A stretch of 64,000 bases of DNA, taken from contig OZ252212.1 in assembly GCA_965248955.1 (NCBI GenBank), positions 1,105,037 to 1,169,036 of the forward strand, written 5' to 3'. Within the stretch, counting starts at the first letter, position 1. Each line of letters opens with the position of its first letter. The notes below the pieces were generated by a model. That model searched no databases. It was not told where the DNA came from and worked only from the letters and a program-made list of their open reading frames with translations. A program made the position numbers and the translations under genes. Shown here in pieces: positions 32,473-40,186 of the stretch. Source of the DNA: Dehalococcoidia bacterium. Its GTDB lineage: Bacteria; Chloroflexota; Dehalococcoidia; Lucifugimonadales; QGNO01.

Positions 32473-32862
32473 ATGGCAAAGCGCATCAGGGTAAAAATCG
32501 GCGATAGGTGGCACGAAGTCGAAGTAGGTGATATCTCGACAAACCCCATCCAAGTGCTGGTCGATGGTGAGACGGTTGAGGTCAACGTAGAAGGGCTGGC
32601 CGAGGCGATCCTACCCGCGGACACCCCGTCCCAGCTGCCCGCGGCTAGGACGATGCAAGTGAGGTCGCCCATGCCGGGCGTGATTGTATCGGTTGAGGTC
32701 GAGCCGGGGCAGAGGGTGGCGGAGGGCGACGTCCTGTGCATTCTGGAGGCCATCAAGCTTCAACAGGCCATAAGGGCGCCGGCTGCCGGCGCCGTACAGG
32801 CGGTGCATATTGCGCCGGGCCAGAGTGTGACCGCGGGCCATGCACTGGTAGACTTGGGCTAG
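32473..32862 (+). CDS. Biotin carboxyl carrier (biotinyl/lipoyl-domain) subunit
   Basis: 129 aa. Has a biotinyl-domain hammerhead, with VLCILEAIKLQQ (AIKL) in place of the canonical AMKM. Confidence 0.7.
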   Translation: MAKRIRVKIGDRWHEVEVGDISTNPIQVLVDGETVEVNVEGLAEAILPADTPSQLPAARTMQVRSPMPGVIVSVEVEPGQRVAEGDVLCILEAIKLQQAIRAPAAGAVQAVHIAPGQSVTAGHALVDLG

Positions 32863-33764
32863 GCTCTGGTTAGAGCCTTGGGATGCCCATATTTCATCGC
32901 CACGTAGATTCCGGACAGTATCAAGACGCCCCCTAGAACGCTGGTCAGTGGTGGGGCTTCCCCCAGTATGATCAGGGCTGCGGCGGTGGCTATGACAGGT
33001 TCGGCCATGACTGCAATGGCCACAACAGTAGCGGTGACGTGGGCCAGCGACCAGTTGAGCAGGGAATGTCCGATTACCTGTGGCACCAGGGCCACCATCA
33101 CCAGCCAGAAATAGGTGGAGGGAGTGTAGCCTGTGAAGGGGTCTCCGGCCCAGATGGCAGCTATGAGCAAGATGACTGCGGTCACGCTGTAGACGGCGGA
33201 GTTGTAGCTTAGCGCCGGCACGTGCCGGCGCAGTCGCCGGCCGGCCAGCATGTAGCCCACTATGGCGACGGCGCCGGCGAAGGCCAGCAGATCGCCTAGA
33301 AGCTCACTTTCGCCCCCGGCATCGCCCAGAGCTATGACGACTCCACCGGCAACGCCTACGGCTATGCCGGTGACCGCATATTTGTGAATCGGCTCCCCGA
33401 AGAAGGCGCGTGACGCAATGGCGACGAGGAACGGGCTGGTTGTAACCAGGACGACGGAGCTGGCGACGGAGGTGAGCTCCAGCGACAATATCCAGGCCCA
33501 GAAATGCACCGAAAGAGACACGGAGGAGAGGAGGACAAGAGGCAGGTCACGTTTGGTTAGACCTGAGACGGACTGGACGCCGTTTCTGATCCAGGAGCCC
33601 GCGGCAAGCCCAATCATAACGGCTGCGCCGATGGTCAATCTGTAGGAGGCTATAACCAGGGACGGCGCTTCGGCGAGGCGGATGAATATGGCGGCGAATG
33701 ATACGGCTACAACACCAATGGCGAGTCCCAGGTACAGGTTGCGGGTGTTGGCTTGGGTAAGCAC
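32859..33764 (-). CDS. EamA/DMT-superfamily transporter
   Basis: 301 aa, about 10 TM helices, two EamA-like halves. Confidence 0.75.
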   Translation of the reverse strand: MLTQANTRNLYLGLAIGVVAVSFAAIFIRLAEAPSLVIASYRLTIGAAVMIGLAAGSWIRNGVQSVSGLTKRDLPLVLLSSVSLSVHFWAWILSLELTSVASSVVLVTTSPFLVAIASRAFFGEPIHKYAVTGIAVGVAGGVVIALGDAGGESELLGDLLAFAGAVAIVGYMLAGRRLRRHVPALSYNSAVYSVTAVILLIAAIWAGDPFTGYTPSTYFWLVMVALVPQVIGHSLLNWSLAHVTATVVAIAVMAEPVIATAAALIILGEAPPLTSVLGGVLILSGIYVAMKYGHPKALTRA

Positions 33765-33797
33765 TCACGTAGTCTACAGCATTGCGAGAGGGGCGGG

Positions 33798-33840
33798 TGA
33801 GATTCTTCGCTGCGCTCAGGATGACGGGGTGCGAAGAAGA
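33798..33840. repeat. Short palindromic REP-like element (translates as EILRCAQDDG / VILSAAKNL)
   Basis: gagattcttcgctgcgctcaggatgacggggtgcgaagaag, with TTCTTCGC/GCGAAGAA arms at 33803-33810 and 33831-33838. Intergenic. Confidence 0.4.
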
Positions 33841-33845
33841 AGAGA

Positions 33846-33878
33846 GGGGGGTGCAGGCGGTTGAAACCTGCACACCCC
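33846..33878 (-). terminator. Candidate terminator downstream of hotdog module copy 2
   Basis: On the minus strand, GGGGTGTGCAGG-loop-CCTGCACCCCCC followed by a T/C-rich tract. Confidence 0.45.
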
Positions 33879-33892
33879 TTCTTGAATGCGGT

Positions 33893-35260
33893 CTAGTACC
33901 AGTCGCGGTAGAAGGTCTCGTAGGGGATGGCTGAGGGCTTGGCCACGTGCGGGATGGGGAGTTGCACCATGCCGCTTTCACGTGATGGCAGGTAGACAGT
34001 GGAGGTGCCCTGTACAAAGACTTGGTCCTCCTGATTGCGACCCTCGTACTTGATGCCGACGGCGTGGTAGGTGCGCTCGCCGTCCACGGCGCCTTCGCCG
34101 GGTTCACCCTTCTGCACCTCGGTGAACTTCTTGGTGATCTCGCCGTTGTAGAGGCCGATGTCGGAGTAGTAGAAGGGTCTGCGCAGAGCCATCTGTAGCC
34201 GGCGGATGAAGCCGTGGTCGCCCATCCAGTTGCTCATCAGGGCCTGAGGTATCTGAGACCTCTGGCCGCCCCAGTCAAAGGGGAGAGCCTGGCCGCGGTA
34301 GGCTGCCATTAGGGCGTCGCCGTGCTCGTCGGCGGCGCCCCAAGGCCAGCGGGAGACGGGATGGGTGTAGGCAAAGCCTCCGGGTCCCTCGTGCTGGATG
34401 TGCCGGCGCATCTTGTAGCCGCCCTCGAACTGGTAGCCCCTGCCTGGGCCGTTGCGTATGAATCCGGTGGCGGTCCAGTCCTGGTCTGTCCAGGGGGGGA
34501 TGATGAAAGTGGGTAGCTTGTCTCCCTCGTTGACGTCCTCCCAGTAGAGGACCTCCTTGCCCCTGGGTTTGGACTTCTCCATGAGGTCGAGGATCTCCTC
34601 CACCTTCTCGGCGTTGAACTTGGGGACGTTGCGCTCGTACATCATGCGCTCGCCCAGACGCTCCACGGACATGGCGCGGCCGGTGCCCATCTCTTCACGG
34701 GGGACCATGATGAGGGTGCCGTAGCACTTGCCGAGGAGGTCGCCGCGCATGTCCCAGTAGTTGACGTCAGTGATGAAGAAGAAGAGGTTGCCGTGGGCGC
34801 CTGGCTTTTCGATGATCTCCTTGCCCACGGAGGAAGTCTTGAAGCCGGTGCCGACGCGGAGGACGTCGAAGAACTCCCAAGCGGTGCCGGAGTGGAAGTT
34901 GGCGATGGGCCAGCCGCCGACACGACGGGCGCCGTGCCACATGGCGTTTCTGGCGATGATGAGAGCGGTGCCTGGTGCGATGAGGCATCCGTAAGGCCCG
35001 TTCTTGGCGTATTCGGCGTCGGTGTAGAGCGGGTTATCGTCGCCGATACTGGCGGTGTAGGCCTTGATCACGGGTTCGGTGAGCACCCAAGGGCTCTTGT
35101 AGGGTGGGCCTGAGGTGTCATAGGGCTGAGTGGTGCCCGGATAGAGGTACATACCAAGCGGGTATCCTTCCCCGATGACCTCATTTTCGAGGTCTTCATG
35201 GGAAAGCCGCCTGAACTCGTCGACTAGGCTTTCAAAGGTCTGTTTTTCTTCTGTGGTCAT
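33893..35260 (-). CDS. Double hotdog-fold dehydratase/hydratase family protein, subunit B, copy 2
   Basis: 455 aa. Close paralog of the 18300-19676 product. The C-terminal 140 aa or so are nearly identical. Confidence 0.7.
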   Translation of the reverse strand: MTTEEKQTFESLVDEFRRLSHEDLENEVIGEGYPLGMYLYPGTTQPYDTSGPPYKSPWVLTEPVIKAYTASIGDDNPLYTDAEYAKNGPYGCLIAPGTALIIARNAMWHGARRVGGWPIANFHSGTAWEFFDVLRVGTGFKTSSVGKEIIEKPGAHGNLFFFITDVNYWDMRGDLLGKCYGTLIMVPREEMGTGRAMSVERLGERMMYERNVPKFNAEKVEEILDLMEKSKPRGKEVLYWEDVNEGDKLPTFIIPPWTDQDWTATGFIRNGPGRGYQFEGGYKMRRHIQHEGPGGFAYTHPVSRWPWGAADEHGDALMAAYRGQALPFDWGGQRSQIPQALMSNWMGDHGFIRRLQMALRRPFYYSDIGLYNGEITKKFTEVQKGEPGEGAVDGERTYHAVGIKYEGRNQEDQVFVQGTSTVYLPSRESGMVQLPIPHVAKPSAIPYETFYRDWY

Positions 35261-35313
35261 TTCACGGCTCCTTTCTCCTCACTTTCAGAACAATCGGTCA
35301 ACGTCCTACGGGC

Positions 35314-36474
35314 CTACATCCAGGGATTGCCAATAGGAAGACCCACCAGGAAGCCTCTTTCCGGCAGATAGACTACTGCCGTGCCGTCCACCAGCGTTTG
35401 CCCCAGCTGATTGTGGCCGGAGAGTTTGACCTCCACCGCAGAATAATTGGCGTCGCCAACTTGCTCGTTGAACTTTCTGGTCACCTCGCCGGTGAGCCAC
35501 ATGGTGTCTTCGTACAGGTAGTGATTGGGAATATCCAGGGACATCCTGCGCAGGAAGCCTAGGTCGCCCATCCAGTTGGTTACGACCTGGCCGGCTAGGG
35601 CGAAGCGCATCAGTCCCTTGGAGACGGGCATCTTGAAGCCCAGTGCTTTCACAGCCAGAATGTCGCCGAAGGCCTGCTCTATGTCCATATAGGGCCAGTC
35701 GTTGCTGGGATTGACAGCTATCCTGCCGGGCCTATCCAGGATCTGGCGGTGGGCTACGGTGCCAACGGAAAGGGCGGTGGGCTTGGCCTCAGCCACCTTC
35801 CAGGAGGATATCTCCGTGTAGTAGAGCGGACCCTTGACTAGGGTGGGCAGCTTGTCACCTACCTGGACCTCGCTCCAGTAGAGGGGGACGTCGCCGCGGT
35901 GTGGGGCTATGGCGTCCAGATCGTCTTCCAGCTTGCGGATCTCTTCGTCGGAATACTGGTAGATCTCTCTATCTTCTATGAGGGGCTCGCCCATGGAATA
36001 GGGCACTATAGTCGCCGTTCCCCTGGCCTGGGCCAGGACACCGCCAAAGACAGTGCTGTAAGTGGCGGTGGAGTCCACCTCTACGGTCTCCCTGCTCTCC
36101 CAATTGGGCCCGTTGCGTACGTCGGTCACCTTCAGGTCGGTCATCAGCCGCTCTCCCAGGCGAATGACGTCGTTCCACTCTGCACAGGCACTGGTGCTGA
36201 ATCTACGCAGGCCGTACTGCTTCTGCTCGTAGGTTGCACCTGAATCCGGAGTGCGGGCGGAGAAAATGAAGGTGGGAGGCGCGATCATGGTGTCGTAGAG
36301 AGTGCCGACGCCGCCCGCGGCGTCGTTGTAGAGTGGATTTACATCACCCAATGCAGAGCAGAACTTCTGAATGGATGACCAATCGGCCACTTTGACACCT
36401 TGCGGTACGTCCGTGGCGTTTTGCCCAATCAGGGCTTTGGAATCGTCAATAAACTCTTTCAACTTATCTGCCAT
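35314..36474 (-). CDS. Double hotdog-fold dehydratase/hydratase family protein, subunit A, copy 2
   Basis: 386 aa. Gapless paralog of the 17094-18254 product. Confidence 0.7.
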   Translation of the reverse strand: MADKLKEFIDDSKALIGQNATDVPQGVKVADWSSIQKFCSALGDVNPLYNDAAGGVGTLYDTMIAPPTFIFSARTPDSGATYEQKQYGLRRFSTSACAEWNDVIRLGERLMTDLKVTDVRNGPNWESRETVEVDSTATYSTVFGGVLAQARGTATIVPYSMGEPLIEDREIYQYSDEEIRKLEDDLDAIAPHRGDVPLYWSEVQVGDKLPTLVKGPLYYTEISSWKVAEAKPTALSVGTVAHRQILDRPGRIAVNPSNDWPYMDIEQAFGDILAVKALGFKMPVSKGLMRFALAGQVVTNWMGDLGFLRRMSLDIPNHYLYEDTMWLTGEVTRKFNEQVGDANYSAVEVKLSGHNQLGQTLVDGTAVVYLPERGFLVGLPIGNPWM

Positions 36475-36543
36475 CGATATTGCCCCCGTTCTGAATAAGC
36501 CAGAATTGCACGATCAAGCTTGAAACGTGCCTCAATTTCGGAA

Positions 36544-36571
36544 TCTATACCCGTTTCAATTGCCTTGTCAA
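36544..36571 (-). promoter_or_regulatory. Candidate sigma70-type promoter for hotdog module copy 2
   Basis: On the minus strand, TTGACA-N16-TATAGA, about 70 nt upstream of the 36474 start. Confidence 0.4.
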
Positions 36572-36635
36572 TCCCTGGGTTGATGGGGAGTCAGGGCTAG
36601 GCGAAGTCGGGTCATCGTTCTACGGTGACCATGCC

Positions 36636-39383
36636 CTAATCTATGACCCTGTCCGTGACCGAAGGCTCCCGCGCTAGATTCTGCCGTACTGTGGCGACCC
36701 ACTCTGGGTCAAGGCCCAGGGCCTGCGTCACCGCCTCGTCTATCTGGCGGCGCACGGGGTCTTGGTTCATCTGTGGGAGGGGCAAGAGGACATCGTTCTG
36801 CAGCCAGTCAAACCAGCCGTCCAGCAACTCACGATCGGCGCTACCAAGGGCCTCAAAGTTGGGCACCCGCAGCCCGCGCAGCGTGTCCAGGGAGAAGGAA
36901 GGGTATGAAGGTTTGCGGTTGTCGCGCCCTCCCAGCAGCAACAGCAGGCCGGGAGTGGAGTTGAGGTAGAGGCATAGCGCCTTGGCAATGTCGGGATCGT
37001 TAGGACGGCACGGCGTCCAAATCGAGCCTACGGCAGGTGTCTCCAGCATCACTGCGGCTACCCGCGCCAATGGCAGCCAAAGCCGATGAGGTAGCAGCAT
37101 ATTGCTGCGCTGCTCCCAGTAGCTGTCCGCTAAGCGGCGCTCACGCTTGGAGGGTTTAGGCTCAATGTAAGAATCGGTCTCCGCCCGCATGGAAGTGGTG
37201 ACGTCCGTCTTGTGATACCACAGAGCCCGGCGGCCCGATGGGGTTGGCATATCCGAGCGAGTATGCGAGTCGCGTATCCGCCTTCCCTCCGGGCCTACTT
37301 CAGCCAGTTGGCTCAGGGGCACAGTTGGGACGGACCAGGGATTTGTCTCGCTGAGCTTTCGTTTAGCCTCCACGAGGAAGGGCGACAGGAAATTGACGGC
37401 GGACCAGTCGCCTCGTTCAATGCGGGCGGAGTCTACGTGCTGAACGGTGAAGTCGCGGGAGACCCACTCACCTCGCTCAATCCTTGCCGCCGTGTCCAGG
37501 GCCTCGACGGGCATTGCGGGGTTTCTCGCCAGGTTGACCACCCGCGTGGCTGGCTTGGGCCCGTCATCTTTCCAACGACGGCAGATAAGCAGAACTTCTC
37601 CAATACTGGTGTTCTCCGAGAAGAAGATGCGGTTAGGGTCGTGGGAGGTGACGATGGTGTCCACGTGAAAGTTCCGGGCTAGATATTTGCGTAACGCTAG
37701 ATTGCCAGGAGCTGTGGGCACTACGGATGGCAAGACTAGCGCCAGTGTTCCGGAATCTGACTTGAGTAGATTGTTTGCCAATACCGTAAAAGGGCCGCCG
37801 GATGAGTGCAAACGGGCGGCGGCGCGTTCGGGCCCGGCAGGACTGCCTAACCTGTCAAACCAGGGAACCGTAACGTCGTCGCCCAACACCTTCTTCTCAT
37901 GTTCCTTAATGGCCAACTCGTCGGCGCGGCTGAACTGGTCGTGGCGCAGACTGTCGCGGGTGAACGGCGGGTTCATGATCACCAAGTCCATCTGTGGGGG
38001 TCGTTCTCCCGATTCCTGTCCGCTCTCCACCTGCTGTGTGGCGGAGGGCCAGCCGGCAAGCCTGGGCTGGCCTGAGAGGAATTCCAGTGAGCCGAGGTAG
38101 GGTGTGTCGTCGAACACGCCGAGCAGCGTCCGGTGGATGTTCATCCGTCCAAAGCTGATCTTTGGCGCCAGCATTCCCAGCGTGCTAGCGGCCATGTGTG
38201 TCGCAGACAGATTCACGTCGTAGCCCCACAACACATCTTCTACCAGGGACAGACCTAGATACTCGTCGTCCCGTGGATCAAGCGGCCCAGCGGCGCTGCG
38301 CAGGTCGCGAATGCGCTCCGCGGCGGCCATGAGCAATGTGCCGGTGCCGCAGGCGGGATCGCATATCCTCAGGTTGGCTATGTAGTTGGGGTTGGACCAA
38401 TCGCCGTCCTCCTTCCGCAGGGCCAGGTTCGCCAGCAGCACGGCGGCGGCGGTGGAAGTGTAGAAGGAACCGTCGTAGCGGGCCGTGTCCAGTACCTTGT
38501 GGAAGATGCGGCCAAGCAGGTCGTGACGCAGGCCATGCACCCGCTCCGATACTCGTGCTACCACGGCCGCCAGACTCCTCACCGCTTGGCTGGTGTCGGG
38601 GTCTGTCGTTAGCTCGGCCAGTGCCGTGCGGCCTGTCTCAAAAACGGGACGGTAGTCCACAGCGAGGATGCCGCGCCACGCCTCTCTGAAGGCGCTGATA
38701 GCGGCATCATACTCCGCGCAATCTGTTGCGCTGGCGGGAGGCCACTCCCCGTCGTAATCCTCCGGGCGCTCGGCCGGCAGGAACTGTTGGACGCGATGGT
38801 GGAAGAGCATGGCCGTTGCCACCACCAGCATCCCTCGCTTGGCGGCCACAAAGTAGCCGTCGCTGTGCTCTCCACCCCCGGGCTTGGTGGCGGGTAAGTC
38901 TAGTGCCTGCGCCAGCGCACGGCGCACTGGAGTCTTCAGCCGCTGGACGGCTTGGTCCAGTCCGTCCGAGAGCCACTGCGCCGCCACGTCCGCGCCGCTC
39001 AGAGATCGAGGCGCTTGCAGAACGGCCTGGGCAAGCTGCGCAAGTCCGCCGGTCGACCACTCGCCAGCGGGTTCGCCCACCTTTGTGCGGACGGTCCAGG
39101 TCAGTTCTGCGTCTGCAAGATTGTCCTCTGTGACGCCGTCAGGGTAGCAGACGGCAAAGACCACGGTTGCCAGCCTTTGACGTAGGCGGGCGTCGGCGTC
39201 CTTGATAGCCTGCGCCTTGCGGTTGAAACCTGTCTCCGCTTCCAAGACGACGCGCAGGCCGTCCACCTCTGCAACAACGTCCATCCTCTTGCGCCCGCCG
39301 CGCTGCTCAAAGTCAGCCTCTACTCCACGCTCTGTAAGTAGCTTCGCCAGAGCCCGGTTCTGGAAGTCTTCCTGCTTGTTCAT
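36636..39383 (-). CDS. Large fused N6-adenine DNA methyltransferase-like protein with N-terminal PD-(D/E)xK-like module (Type IIG/IIL restriction-modification-like)
   Basis: 915 aa. SAM motif I is ICDPACGTGTLLMAAA and catalytic motif IV is VIMNPPFTRD (gamma-class order). N-terminal RMDVVAEVDGLRVVLEAETG gives D35...E48-x-E50. The C-terminal region of about 350 aa could be a target-recognition domain. Confidence 0.65.
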   Translation of the reverse strand: MNKQEDFQNRALAKLLTERGVEADFEQRGGRKRMDVVAEVDGLRVVLEAETGFNRKAQAIKDADARLRQRLATVVFAVCYPDGVTEDNLADAELTWTVRTKVGEPAGEWSTGGLAQLAQAVLQAPRSLSGADVAAQWLSDGLDQAVQRLKTPVRRALAQALDLPATKPGGGEHSDGYFVAAKRGMLVVATAMLFHHRVQQFLPAERPEDYDGEWPPASATDCAEYDAAISAFREAWRGILAVDYRPVFETGRTALAELTTDPDTSQAVRSLAAVVARVSERVHGLRHDLLGRIFHKVLDTARYDGSFYTSTAAAVLLANLALRKEDGDWSNPNYIANLRICDPACGTGTLLMAAAERIRDLRSAAGPLDPRDDEYLGLSLVEDVLWGYDVNLSATHMAASTLGMLAPKISFGRMNIHRTLLGVFDDTPYLGSLEFLSGQPRLAGWPSATQQVESGQESGERPPQMDLVIMNPPFTRDSLRHDQFSRADELAIKEHEKKVLGDDVTVPWFDRLGSPAGPERAAARLHSSGGPFTVLANNLLKSDSGTLALVLPSVVPTAPGNLALRKYLARNFHVDTIVTSHDPNRIFFSENTSIGEVLLICRRWKDDGPKPATRVVNLARNPAMPVEALDTAARIERGEWVSRDFTVQHVDSARIERGDWSAVNFLSPFLVEAKRKLSETNPWSVPTVPLSQLAEVGPEGRRIRDSHTRSDMPTPSGRRALWYHKTDVTTSMRAETDSYIEPKPSKRERRLADSYWEQRSNMLLPHRLWLPLARVAAVMLETPAVGSIWTPCRPNDPDIAKALCLYLNSTPGLLLLLGGRDNRKPSYPSFSLDTLRGLRVPNFEALGSADRELLDGWFDWLQNDVLLPLPQMNQDPVRRQIDEAVTQALGLDPEWVATVRQNLAREPSVTDRVID

Positions 39384-39426
39384 GCTACCTTGTTTTATAT
39401 GTGGCCAGTAGAAAAACGCCTACGGC

Positions 39427-39804
39427 CTAGTTGCTCTGGCAGCCGCAATGGCAATCTATCTCCTCATCATCCTCTGCTGCGCACTCATGGTCGAATATAT
39501 CCCCTCCAGTCGTGCGAGCCAGCATATACGTGTACAAAAGATCATCGTGCTGCTCACCCACAGACATTGAGGCTTCGTACACCGACTCGAGGCAAGAGTC
39601 GCAGACATCCCCTTTCGTCGTTACCGTCCCGAATGACTCCTCCCACGGCAAGATTCCAACCCGGCAACCACAGTTACAATCCACTTCCTCGTCACCATCC
39701 TCCTCGCAGAAGTGGTCAGAGATTCTGGCCCCGAACTTAAGCGCGAGAGTATGAATGAAATTGGCATCCTCGTACTCCTCTCCCGCCAACTTTGCGGATG
39801 CCAC
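39427..39804 (-). CDS. Highly acidic tandem-repeat cysteine-rich protein (two 58-aa CxxC...C-x9-CxCGC units); 5' end uncertain
   Basis: The ORF-track model starts at GTG 39804. The internal repeat aligns without gaps (23/58 identical, all 6 Cys aligned). The first unit continues in frame up to 39867, upstream of the called start. The stop lies 43 nt upstream of the methyltransferase-like gene on the same strand. Confidence 0.55.
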   Translation of the reverse strand: MASAKLAGEEYEDANFIHTLALKFGARISDHFCEEDGDEEVDCNCGCRVGILPWEESFGTVTTKGDVCDSCLESVYEASMSVGEQHDDLLYTYMLARTTGGDIFDHECAAEDDEEIDCHCGCQSN

Positions 39805-40097
39805 TACAGCGTCGATGCAAGACCCGCAGACAAACTTTTCTTCATTTGCCCATGCTGAACCGTCCTCCTAATTGTTCCTGGGGCACGCTCCGCGCTACGC
39901 CCAAGCGGGTGGTGGCCGGGGCATCCGACATTTCTTACTTACCCCTACCCGCCTCCGTCTCCTATACTTATCTACATGAACTGGAGGAAGCTAAATGCCG
40001 TGGCGAAACCCGCAACTCTATCTACGGAATTCGGATTTGTTTCCCATATTTGCAAAAAGGTGGTTCGTTTTTAGCCTTGTACTAGACATAACGTCTG

Positions 40098-40139
40098 AAA
40101 CAAATACCCCCTGCTCAGTGCCCCGCCTCCATGAGCAGG
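40098..40139 (-). terminator. Candidate terminator after ispG
   Basis: On the minus strand, CCTGCTCA-14 nt-TGAGCAGG followed by GGGTATTTGTTTC. Confidence 0.4.
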
Positions 40140-40186
40140 CCTTCCACGGGAATGAGCCTCTGGGAAACCGGGTCAACGCCAAGTGG

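Noticed and set aside
33547-34107. 186-aa minus-strand ORF resembling the 74-aa ORF at 19462-19686 (MNPA(K/R)APWTASAPTTPSASS...)
   Set aside because: The similarity is only the out-of-frame reflection of the near-identical 3' ends of the two hotdog B genes. It also reads through the terminator and REP-like element.
39390-39754. Two plus-strand ORFs (116 and 107 aa, Ser/Pro-rich) opposite the Cys-rich gene
   Set aside because: The minus-strand frame shows a gapless internal repeat with conserved Cys spacing and conservative substitutions. The plus-strand frames are low-complexity by-products.
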